A stretch of 64,000 nucleotides of DNA from Bispira polyomma (taxonomy: Eukaryota), in contig OZ287749.1 in the NCBI GenBank assembly GCA_965649765.1, positions 65,100,001-65,164,000 on the forward strand, given 5' to 3'. This document shows, one piece after another, positions 1 through 12,500 of the stretch. Each line of letters opens with the position of its first letter. The stretch's first letter is position 1. Position numbers and translations under genes: made by a program. Below the pieces are notes generated by a model. The model was not told where the DNA came from, ran no database searches, and was given only the letters and a program-made list of their open reading frames with translations.

Positions 1-202
1 TACCCAAGAATCATTTATGATGCGACACATCTCATACATAGAATGAAGTTAGGTATGCATAACATTTTCTTACTTTTCTCTTTTTCTTCTTCTTTCGTAA
101 AATGACTTGACTATTATAACATTACAAAATAAATTTCTTGGTAAATTAATTGACTAGATATTTATAACAAGTTTCAATTCAGTAAAACCCACTACAACAT
201 TA

Positions 203-208
203 TTTATT
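203..208 (-). terminator. Candidate polyadenylation signal of the EH-like gene
   Basis: AATAAA on the minus strand about 260 nt after the stop codon. Confidence 0.45.
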
Positions 209-466
209 TAATATTATAAATTAACAACAAAGTCTCTTGTTTCAGGTTGACATTGTATACACATACATCATACATTAATGTATATATAATTATAATATGC
301 ATCAAGCCAAATACTATTCTTGAGACTTGCAAAAAAGCTGACCCCCAAAAAGAAAGAAACACTGTATATGGTCTGGTGTTTGGATTTCAGGTTTGTTTTG
401 TTTCGATCATGTTGTTTTTTACACTCAAACGGAGTAAGAGGAAGAGGTCATTGTTTGGTGGGGGTG

Positions 467-577
467 TCAGAAGTATGACATCAACCCTGGGCAGGTACTG
501 GACCAGAGCTTGTCCAGGGGCCTGCCACCAGCCAGGGCCCGAAGACAGACACTGTTAGCACACTCCAGTAACACCTC
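467..577 (-). CDS. EH-like precursor, coding exon 2 (36 aa plus TGA)
   Basis: GC-rich island in AT-rich DNA; polypyrimidine tract plus AG at 579-578; in frame with exon 1; supplies the last three Cys. Confidence 0.85.
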   Translation of the reverse strand, partial: EVLLECANSVCLRALAGGRPLDKLWSSTCPGLMSYF

Positions 578-3500
578 CTAAAAAGAGAGAAAATAAACAA
601 ATATATAGAAAGTTGAGAGTGCTATGTATATGCAATACAAAATGACAAACATATATATTACGACTTGTCACATACTCAGTATAGGGTGGGGGCCGCGGTG
701 GCCTAGTGGTTAGCAAGCATTGCGCTTCACAATCACTGGTCTCTCACCTCTGGGCGGCGTGAGTTCGAATCCCGCCGATGCCTATGTGGGAAAGGTGGTA
801 GTTCCTTACTGTGGGCCGCTGGTTTCTCTGCAGAACCTTGACTGACTGTATGCAGTGTTTCCTCCAGCGTTTCCAACTACCCGTCCCAATATAAGGTACT
901 AGAGTGAACGTTAAATATCCAAATTCAAATTCAACTCAGTATAGGTTAGGATGCACTTATTGAGGTGCACCTGTACTCTATTTGTCAAAGACAGAACACT
1001 AGCAAGGACACTAGTCTAATTAAACCTACTTTAAAATTACACAAACAAGTTATACTAAATGTATTTTCTTTGAAAATATAGAGGACATTTTTTAATGGCA
1101 AAGTACCTGCAGCGCATTTATCTACCTTTATCTGTTATTCAAAGCACTAATTAACCTAGTCTTCACTGCCATCAGCCATCAACTACCATTCCCACTGACT
1201 GAAGACATATGTTTGAGGATGACCATTTATCAAGATCCACAAAGCATCTTTAACCTGTCACTGGGGATAGGACTCAATGACATATATGACCGTTTTTTTA
1301 GTGGTCATTCGAGAGCCACTTTGTATCTGTATGTACCTGGTCACCTTCGGCTGGTATCGAACCCAGGTCATGTGGTGCTAAGTGAGGATGTTTAACCACT
1401 AGGCAACAGTGGCGGTGTCATATAAGTACAAATGTGTTTACATTCTACTACACCATTGTTTTATCTTGCGTTACAGTAACACCGCTTTACCACAGTTATT
1501 ATATTTGCTTGTGTGACTTTGTAAAAATATTCAGTTTCACTTGCTTAAATGCAGTACATTTTATAATACCTTGCATCCCTGCCATAGTCAAGTTTGAAAA
1601 AAAAAATTACACCATTTTGGGGAATAATTAAGGCGTGAATAGTATAAATACAAGGTACCAAAAAATAAGATATTTTTTTACAGACAAACATGTAATACTT
1701 AACAGCACAATACATTAGGACACTGACAGGTATAAAAAAATAAGGTTGATATGAGGCATTGCCAAAATTTTAAAGATTTTAGCCTTAGCTATCACACCCA
1801 GTAATTAGAATGGACTTGTTTTCTTCTTACAGGGATGTGCAGGACCTGAGATAGCCTAGAGCTGTGGTAGCAATGGTTTTAATTTCCATCATTAACAATT
1901 ATCACACTATGAAGACATGGAGTTTTTATATTGTCCCTTGGAAAAATTAACACAGTTTTACCAGGCAGGGTTGAACTGTTTTTCAATGTAATTTTCAATG
2001 TAAATTTTCTATCAAGCTGATAACTTGTGTAGTAGGTTTGTATTATTGAATAATATGTCCTAATTTGTTTTACACCCAGTTATATGTAAGCTATTTACTG
2101 TGACTTTAGGAAACCAGTTATATGTATCTTATAATGTGTCTTCTTGTATGGTATACAATCCTACCTGTACTAGTGACAACTTTCAAAGAGAGACCACTAC
2201 TAATTAAAGACCACTTTGAAACCTCCCTTGAATTTTGCTATGCAAGTAGGCTCTGTAGAAGACCAAAGACTGCCTAAATTATTCCCTACAGTTGATCTGT
2301 ATAGTGGAGACTGCTTAAAACAGGGGAGTAGCCAGGATTTTTTATCTGGTACTCACAAATCAAACCAATATATTATGTTCCTTTTTATCCTACCAAAAAT
2401 TCAATTCCTGAGGGGGGAGGGGGGGGGTGCATCAAGGTAATATTTTGGTTTAATGGGGGGTGGGGGGTACCAAAATTTTTTTTTTATTTTTTATTTTTAA
2501 ATTTTTTTTTCTTGTTATTAAATTGGTACGCCTGGGCGTACTGGCGTTAATGGTAGCTACACCCCTGTTAAAAATATTACAGACGTTCTGTTAAAATCAA
2601 TGTAAGGACACCGCAAAATCAGCTTTGCAGAAAGACCAACCACCAGATGAGACGGTTTTTCAAGCATTCCCTAGAAAGGGCTTTAAATACAAGTTTCCCT
2701 GTGTGTGTCAAAATACTAAACTATTCTTACTTATCTTAATCTTATTTACTGTATGCAGCACAATTATTGATCACTTGTTACCATATTCTCCAAAAATCTA
2801 AAATTCAGCTCATACTCAAGGCCAAATTTAAGGTCTCGATATCTCCGGCTTGAGTAAGGTGAACTAATAGATGATTGTATATTGGAAAGCAGTGCTATAG
2901 ATGATTCTAAAATAAATTGTAACTAGCGTAGGTTAATCCCCCATGGAGAGACTTCCACATAGCCTTTACGTAAGTTGAGTCTGAATTTGAACTTACTTTG
3001 GAGGATGCAGATCCTGTTTCTTTGATACTGACATAGATTATAGATTCATATATTTAATAGGAAAATGTATCTTCCACAACTTCGATTACATAAAGAAAGA
3101 TAAGTTATTTTTTATTATACAAATCAAACAAATATATTGGCAAGTCTTATGATCCGTATACATATATACATTCATCGTTCATTTTTCAAAAGGGAATACA
3201 AATCTGCAAGGGGTTTAATATCAGTTACTGGTGGCATGCATTCTTTGGAAATCTTTAGAAGATTATCATCAAGACAAGTACAGGCAGCAACAACAATAAA
3301 CAAAATCCCACATCCCCAGAGTTCCCACCAACAGTAAACAGTAGTACTGTAAAATCCAAGACCGCCTCTCTATATAGACGCATCACTTTTACAGTAAAAA
3401 AAACCTTTCTTACCAGAAATTAGCCCCTTTTGTCAGCCTTAGTGTATTTTATTGGAACTAAATGACCACAAGAATTGCCCCTACTTGAGTTACTGCATGA

Positions 3501-6500
3501 GGAGAGACCACCAAACCACCCACACAATAACAGAAATCTTTATTTGTTCTGTCTCATTTCCAAGTCACACACTTTCATGCCCTCTGGCTTCAGTGTCAAT
3601 AAGAACTTTAATGAAAAAGAGCAGTTTTTTTTTCTTTTTTCATTTCATTGGGTTTTTTCTCTTTCAGATGTCCTTATTGAAAATCTAAAACTGGTCAGGG
3701 AACAAAAAATGTACCAATTGCATTTAAGGCTTAAATGACATCCTGTGTATGCTATTCTCTCTGCTACGTTTTTATGTTTAAATATATATGTTTAAATAGT
3801 ATACTATGTCTACTTTTTATTGTTACAGGTCTTATAGGTATTATGGCATTTAATATTCCTGAATTTTTCCATATACTCAAGTGTTTTGGCATTAGGTAGA
3901 TTTTAGAAAACAAGTGTACAGTATACACAAAAGATTACTAATGTAAAGTAATGATATCATTAATGCAACTTTGAACAGTGATAGTTTTAAAGAATCTATT
4001 TTACACCATAGATTGTCTAAATATTGGTATATATTACAGAACACAGTGTTTAATTATTTTTACTGTCATGTGATGTCTTATACCATGCTATTATTACCTT
4101 TTTTAAAAATTATTTTATAAGATATGTATATGTATAACTCATGTACTGTATGAAATAAATAAATTTTACTTTACTCTAAAACCATTTACCACTACAACAT
4201 TTCAATGATCAAATACAATAAAACACATTTTATAATTATATTAAGGAAGTGATACTTTAAAAAGAAAATCCAAAGGCTGAAGAGTTGTTTTTGAATATTT
4301 TTTTTGGTGTATTTTGTATATTACTCTTAGCAAGCAATCGGTGATCTATAAAATCCTTTAAAGTGTTTTGAGACACCAAAAAAAAAAAAAAACACCACCA
4401 ATAAACAAAATACAAAAGAAGTCCTGTTACACCCACATCTAGTGAATGTTATAGGCAGAAATGACGCGGTAAATGAACCTCTTTGGCTTGCTTCAGTGAG
4501 TTTGATGTCTTGGGTACCACTCGAGTGGCATACTCAATTGTGTACTGCACTGAATTAACTGAACTCAAGGTCTCAACTCTACTGCTTGTCTTCTAAAGTA
4601 TATATGTCACAACTCCAGGAGAAATGCCAGTTTTTCTATTGCAGAAACTAAAGATGCTTTTAAGTGGCCATGAAATGCATTTTGCAATGGGTATTAGAGG
4701 AAACACAACTATCTTTCCCTTTCTGTTGTGATCTTCAGTTGGTCTTACCTTTGGGTTTGTTATAACAGTTAATTCTTATCTTGTAACAGCCTAAAATTTT
4801 CTTCATAAGAAAAACACTCTGGCAGATTACTCTTTAACAGATTTTTTTAGTGAAAGGATTTTGAATGTTTTATAACACCAAGTTTCACTTGTATAATAGA
4901 CTACATACCCAACCATTTATGTCTCTGAAATAATAGTATTTGGTTATGATTTCACTAATTTCATACATGAAAGATTTATTCAACCGGACTGGTTCCCAAT
5001 GATATTCTGAATCACCCTTAAGATCAGATGGTGAGTCTAGTTACATAGGCTACATAAAATATTTTAAGAGCAATTCCAACCTTGCAGTTGATGAATGGTT
5101 TACATTTACATCCAACATGATATTTCAATCAGAAATATCTCATTATAGATGTTACATCCTTGCAAGGAGCTCTTTAGAAAACATCTTTGAACACTTCTCA
5201 TTTTTAATCACAGACTTTGAATGGAGTCAGATATACATAGCCTGGTATAACTAGAGTGCTCCACATTTACTTGCAAGTTCTAGACTCTTGCAAAATAAAA
5301 ATAAATATTTGCTATTTCACTTCGGCCAGCTCAGCTAAAAAATTTTTATTTTTTTTTTTGAATTGGGATGTTTAACGTCCACTCTAGTACCTGTTTGGGT
5401 TTTATTGGGACGGGTAGTTAGAAACGCTGGATGAAACACTGTATACAGTTGATCAAGGTTTTGCTATGAAACCAGCAGCCCACAGTAAGGAACTACCACC
5501 TTTCTCACATAGGCATTGACGGGATATGAACTCACGCCAACCACAGGTGAAAGACCAGTGATTGTGAAGCGCAATGCTTGCTAACCACTAGGCCACCGCG
5601 GCCCCTCGGCCAGCTAAAAGGCCATATATGCCGTGAATTATGTTCCTTTATAAATATTGCTAGGATGGTTTCAATGAATATTGATGACAAGGCCTAAATG
5701 AACAGCGTCTTTATATTTTTGGAAAAAATATAATGTACAACTCAATAATAGGTATGAGTAGAGACTGTATATCACATTTATTGCTGCAGATATAGAAATT
5801 TCAATGTTTGAAAAAAAAAAAAAAAAATTTAAATCCAGACAGAAATGTATTTGCATGTTATATTTTTAGATGTTTTACTTACTGAACCTTAAATATTATC
5901 CTTTCAAACTAATTATCAAAAAATCCAAACAGATTGTCTATTTGCATAGAACCTCCTGTTATACGAGCTCCTAAATATTTAATTTTATGAACTCATTTTC
6001 AGTCTCTCAAGTTATTGTTTTTTAATTGTTTGTACTAAAATGTCTGTTCTACTGGATGAACCTTCTTTATCTAAACAAAATCATAACCCTACAGCATATT
6101 CGGATAATAGAGATTTGCCTGTATCGCCAAGAATGTTGTTTAGTTGCTGTATGTCGGCAGTTTTCAGTGCTTCAGCACTGGTTTTCTCCACCAACACTAA
6201 AACCTGGCTGTCGAGTATATGACCCAAAAATAATTTTAAATCCAAGAATTTTGTTATATTTTTTCCTTTAGAGAGCAGCTTTTTATCAAAGATTTTGGTC
6301 ACACTTATTTCTATTAATTTGACTTATATTAAATTATTCAAATTTGACCTTTCCTCCTTAAACACCGTTTTTGCAGCGTTACATGTTTGCAGCTAAAGCT
6401 CATAAAGTAAAGAAATACATATCAACTGAAATCTATTTACTAAGTTGTATGCTCATAGTTGTTTAAGGTTTCCTCTTTAACAGAGTGTATCTTTTTGGTT

Positions 6501-9500
6501 CAAAACGAATGCTGTTGATCTTGGGCTTACATATTAAATTAATCAAACTTAACCTTGGGGCTATAAAACCGTTTTTGCCACCTCTTCTACTGAAGCTCGT
6601 AAAATAATAGAAGCAGGTATGACCTAGAAGGGAGAGGAATATGCAGTCCTAATTGTATGCCATACTAAAGCAATTTAATAAATGAAGAAAGAGAGTGTTG
6701 AATTTCCCCAGTGACCAGTTTTTTAGAAGGTCTCCTTCTTTTGCCAGACTTTTCTATATGAGACAATTTGTATCTAGAAAGCCAAAAAACATGACAAGGC
6801 ATAAAGTAGGATTTGGATTTTAACGATGTTTTTTTAAATGTCTTTTATGCAAGTTACAGTTCAAAATAAAGTTTTCAGTTGATCTATATGAAAAGTGTAT
6901 TTTTCAGCCGCAAAGATAAAATTAAGAAACTCATAACAGAAAGTGATTCTACAAAACATATTACATCCTGTTTAAAACGTGAAAATAAAACCACTTTCCC
7001 CAATCATAAATTTTACTTTTAGTTTTTATCTAATTGGTAGTTAGGTAGATCATTTTTATGCCTTGTTAAATCAACCAAAATGTTGATGACCATTTAATTA
7101 ACACTGTCTATCACTATATACATAGCTAAGTTGGTATTGCAAAATTGTCAAAATGTAATGCAATTTCATTTGATATGACTTTCTCAGTACTTGGAGTGGG
7201 TGTTACACTATGGTTTTTTGGTCCCCCGGACTAGCTCCCTGACCCCTAAAAACGGGAAGGTGGGTTTCGCCAAAAAAAGTTCGATCAGAATGTCATTTCG
7301 TTTTGTCTGATAGGTCTTATCTCACTCCTAGCCTGTCCTAACACAGGTATACAGGTATGTTAAAAAATTAAGAATATAAAACCATTTTGTTAGATCCTAT
7401 TGGCGATACATTTTATCCTAGGGCGATACATCAGATCCTATTGCCAGTATGTTCAATCCTAACCTGAGTCGGGGAGGCCGGGGCAGTTTTAGTACGGACT
7501 TCAAGTTTGAAAAACGGGATGCAATCAGTTTGATCTGGAAGGTCTCCCCACACTTTCATTTTCCCCGCCAAAATATTGCATTTATTAATTTTTTTGCCCC
7601 GGTCGCCCCAATCTCAAAAACGGGCTTATCTTGCCGATCGTACTTGATAGTGGAACACCTACTTAAATAAGACCGTCTCATGCCTACCCTTACTGTTAAA
7701 GGACCTAAAACTAAGATATTTTCTTGATAGGCCGATCCAGGATTTTTAAAGTGCTAGCACTCTGATTTTTCGGATATATAACCTTTACTTATCACCTGTA
7801 TTATTGAATTACACGTGAGTGGTGTTTCCATCTACTACAATGATAATTATATTAAAAAACCTGCCAAAGTTCAATACTTTATGTTACAAATTTAATGAAA
7901 TGCAAAAGATTTAATAAATATGGAACAATTTAGTCCAGAAAGTTAACCAATACTTAGATAACAGTAAACAAAATATATTGGTAGGTATTCAAATGTAGAT
8001 CTGACACAACTGTGACAAACATAATTAAGTGAAAATTGTAATGACCTTATAAAATGCCATTTCAAGGAAGGCGGACATCTGAATTGACATAACATCTTGT
8101 TATATGGAACTCCTATATAATGATGCAGAATTATTTTGCCCAACCAATGCACCCGTCTAATGCTGTGTCGTTAATTCCTATTGCAAATAATATAACAGAC
8201 CCTTAAGTGTTTCAGCCCTGGATCAACCTTCATTTGTGTAAGTTGGTAATTGCTCATGGATGTGAGGTTTGGGGTGGTTACGAGCTAATGTGTAGGAGCA
8301 AGGGTTACCCAGCAAATAGATATATTGTGTTTTACGACAGTACAAGGGACTAATCTGATACGATTTTTTATGATCTCAAAGTTAGGCTTATAACTATATT
8401 AAGCTTTCCTTTTACCTTGTACAATAAACCCTAAAAATAAAAATGGGGAACCATTGTGATGTATTTTAAAAGTGTTATTCCCTATTGTTAGCCACTGTGG
8501 CCCAGTGGTTCGAAACGCCTACTTCAAAAAGACTGGTGTCCAATGTGAGTTGGAATCCTGTTCTTTGGTCATGTTTGGATTTTGAATTTTGAATTGGGAT
8601 ATTTAACGTCCACTCTAGTACCTGTTTAGGTTATATTGGGACGGGTAGTTGGAAACGCTGGAGGAAACACTGCATACAGTTGATCAAGGTTCTGCACTGA
8701 AACCAGCGGCCCACAGTAAGGAACTACCACCTTTCCCACATAGGCATCGACAGGATTCGTCGTTCATGTTTGAGAAAATTTGTCAGGTACTTGACATAGG
8801 CTGGTGGTTTAAAGTGACTTTAGAACTGGTTTTATCCATCATTAAATCTGGCCATAGTAATGTGACCTAAGCTATTGAAAACTTAACTAAATTCCCCGAA
8901 AAAATTAAGTAATAATCGATATAGTAAATTAGTATTGAATTTAATCTAAGAGCTGAGAATATTAAAGATCTGTTCTTATATAGACTCTGGTGATGTAATA
9001 AACAAAAAACTTAGTTAAAGTAGTGTTTTTATATAAATTGATAGCCATTTAGAATGACATTTAAACGTTCATATTTAGAGTGTTTTACACTCAAGCGATG
9101 CCATTTGTTTTCAAAATATTGTACTTATTTTTCTTCCCAGGGGACCTAAAAAATGCCAAACTAAAGCCTGTGTTAACAAAATCCAGGTACAACCAAAGCT
9201 CTACAGTTTCTTGTCGTGTGATAAATGATGTCATATGGTATTAAAGCCAAATGTAAATAAGAACAATTCCATGCATTAATATACAGCCAACAAAAAAGAA
9301 AGCAAAAAAAAAAGTTAAGGTGAAAAAACGAGTTGATACGAATGTGCTTTTAGTGTTTCCTGCAGCCTGTAATCCTTGTCTTATTGACTAGTAGGGAGAC
9401 TATTCCACTCAGCAGGTGCTCCAACTTTGAATGATTTGAACCAGCCAGTTTTTTGGGTAAGAAACCAGAAGGGGAGAGATGATTCCTCTTAAGTTATGTA

Positions 9501-12500
9501 ATATATAATACATCTCAAAAGCCACGGAGAAATGTCTGTATTAAGTGTAGGGGGACATTGATAAAAGGTCATCCTCAAGCCCCTGTCTTAGGTTAGAGAG
9601 AATGACAGTTACTGGTGCTGGTTGGCTGTAATTGGATAAGTCAAGAAAAGGTTACTTATCATTGTGAATACCAGATAAAGAATGATAAATGCATATAACA
9701 AAATGAATATAAATTTGAATACAATACAATATATTACTTAAGTCATCCTTTGAAACATAAACATAATTATATGACAATACTGTAAAACATCTGTAAGGTT
9801 ATTTTTTTGTCATTCTGAAGTCATGGCTGAATACTTTATTGAGATGGAGCTGCAAGTACGCTTCCACAAGTGAAACTTATTGGCTTTTTACAGGCAACCT
9901 AACCGATTAGAAGTCACTACGACTGATTACACAAGCAATCTTCGATGTTGTCACATTTAGCCGACATGTTCAGGTTATTGGTCTCAAGGCTTTTTAATTT
10001 GTCCTACATCTCAACCTCAATTCTAATTAATTCTAGAGATTATACAAACAGCTCATTTTTAGTATCATGTAATATTTTTCTGACAAAGTGAAAGGATTTT
10101 TGAATGCGTAATTTTTGTTGACTTGTATCTTAATACAATTTATCAATTACAACTATTATACACTATCACGTATAAAAACCAAATCATACCTATAAAAAGT
10201 AGAATGACTTTTTGAAGAAAGTTTTTTTTAGTCTTGTAAATTCTCTTGGATGTTTCTTTTGCTGTAAACGTTTGCTTATTAGATGGCAAAATTTCCCAAT
10301 TAAAACAGAAAACATGCTTGGAATTTCCAAAGGCCAAACAGTGTCATGCTCTGCAGTAGTGTAGTAATGGTAGATGTTATGCTAAGATGGGCACTATATC
10401 CTTTTATTGCTTTGAACCCCTTTTATCACAAAGTTCATTGGTAATTAAAAACTATGACTGTACAATATATAGCCTTGTTAATATGAAACAAATTTAATAC
10501 ACAGGGGTAAATTTTTTGAATTTTTGAATGGAATATATCTGAATCATCAATCTGCCTACAGATAACTTAGAACACTATTTATTTCATTTTATTTCCTCTC
10601 ATATTTCTGGAAAAATCTTGAGACCTGGATGGCTAAAAAATCCTGATACAAAATTCAGCTTTACAATATCTGGAGTATTACTTGGTATTCCTTTTTATAA
10701 CAATCAATACATGCTTAGATTGAACTATCTGATTTTACTACAGAAATGGTATGTAAAAAAACAAAAATCTCGAAATAAACCACTTTTATTTCTAGAATTT
10801 ACCATTATGCTTAGACAAAAACCACAGACAATGTCGCAGTTGCCCATCTGCAATAAAAATGGAAAATTTCACAATTTTTGAGATTCCTTGGGTCTACTTC
10901 TAGACATGAATTAGTTTTATAAGAATATTTATCTTTTTTGCACCTATTAATATTATAGCTTCAATAGATCAGATAGCATGTATCTATAATAATTTTTAAA
11001 AAAGGTTGCATCTGTACTGATATGTTTTCTGGTTAATAGGTCTTTGTTGGGTGGTTTTGTTTTAATTTAAATTGGGATCTTGTATTTTGTTTATGTCTTT
11101 AATGTAAATGTATTGTAAAATGTCATAATGTGGCAACAAAAACAACAAATTATTATTTCCTATAACAAAAACAAATGATGTTGGTATCTTACTGTATTAG
11201 CTTGTACAAAAATGCAAAAAGACAATTATTACTACATGTACAGAGTAGGGAATTTGTGTCTACTTGTTATTATAACTAGGTTAACGTTTCACCCACAAAG
11301 ATGTAACAGGGTTTAGACCCAAGAAGTTTATACACTCCTCCCAAAAGTTCACTCCACTCGCCTATTAATAGAAACAAAGATGTCTATGAAAAAACTCAAA
11401 TGAATCACAATGAGTAGGACATATGGACAATTTGTTGGCTATGCTATAACAGTCTTTTAAGCACTCCCCTAGCCTTTTTACAAGGGGTTATCTGTGCTGG
11501 ACTCTTGTAAAATTGAGTACAGACTATTGCTAAAAGCTCTGGTTCTTTGTCGTATTTATTGTGGTAACTAACATGGTGGCATGTTTCTCAAATTAACTAC
11601 CCAGTTCATTGAGCTAATGTCTTCATGCTCTCTGTGTAGTAGATAAGTGTTGAACGGACCTATAATAACTAAGGCAGCTGATTAGTTAATGTCTAATTCC
11701 CCCCAATTATAACACTAGAGCAATTTGTCGCAGTTTTAAACACTTTTTTTATGACTGTGTAGAAAAATTGGCATATATACAGAAATGAGAATGTTGCTTC
11801 TAGTTCAGGGTTTACTTTTGGTGTTTAACGTTACTTTTCACACATGTTAAATTAATGTTTTATCAATTTTCTTGACTCAGCTCATTTTGTTTGACCAATC
11901 ATATATGCCTTTGTCACTATGTCATTTTTTACCTCCACTAATGTTTTTGTAAATCAGGCACAGCCTGAGAGTGTTTTCATTCTGAAAAAAAGCCACCAGC
12001 TTTGAAATTAAAAAAAACAACTTTGAAAACAACGTTATCTAGCTAGCGTTTATTCGACAGAGGTAATTCCACCAAATAGGCCTTGGAGGGTTGAATAACC
12101 ATCCCAATCAGTTATTTTCTACTGAGATTACACACCAGTTACATTATACAGTAATTACTCCTACGTATGACCCCCCTGGTGTCAAATTAGATAACTAAGG
12201 TCACCCTGCTTAATCAGACAAAGGCATGCCCAACGTGACAATTTTAGTTTTTATCCACGCCCAGAAAATATCAAGCTAACGGGTCAATTTACTTACAATT
12301 TCCCAAGATTCCTTGTTCATATGAAAAATTTGTTATTTTGGGCTATGTTTCATGCTAAAATGCAAACTTCTATTTTACGGACCTTCTACTACCCAAACAA
12401 ATTCTCACTCTCCCAAGATGTCTATAAATTAGAGGTTCCACTGTACTTGCCGTAGATCGGTGTTTTACAGTGACTTCAACACTGGTTTTGCCCCCACCAC

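Noticed and set aside
247-558. 103-aa plus-strand ORF
   Set aside because: Antisense shadow of the real minus-strand exon and 3' UTR; TTG start and no recognisable domain.
686-780. tRNA gene calls for the SINE heads
   Set aside because: A and B boxes are present but the cloverleaf is broken, and the head continues into a repeated SINE body with TSDs.
4492-4555. Imperfect hairpin centred on CCACTCGAGTGG
   Set aside because: Large internal mismatches and no known miRNA match; compatible with chance or a collapsed MITE.
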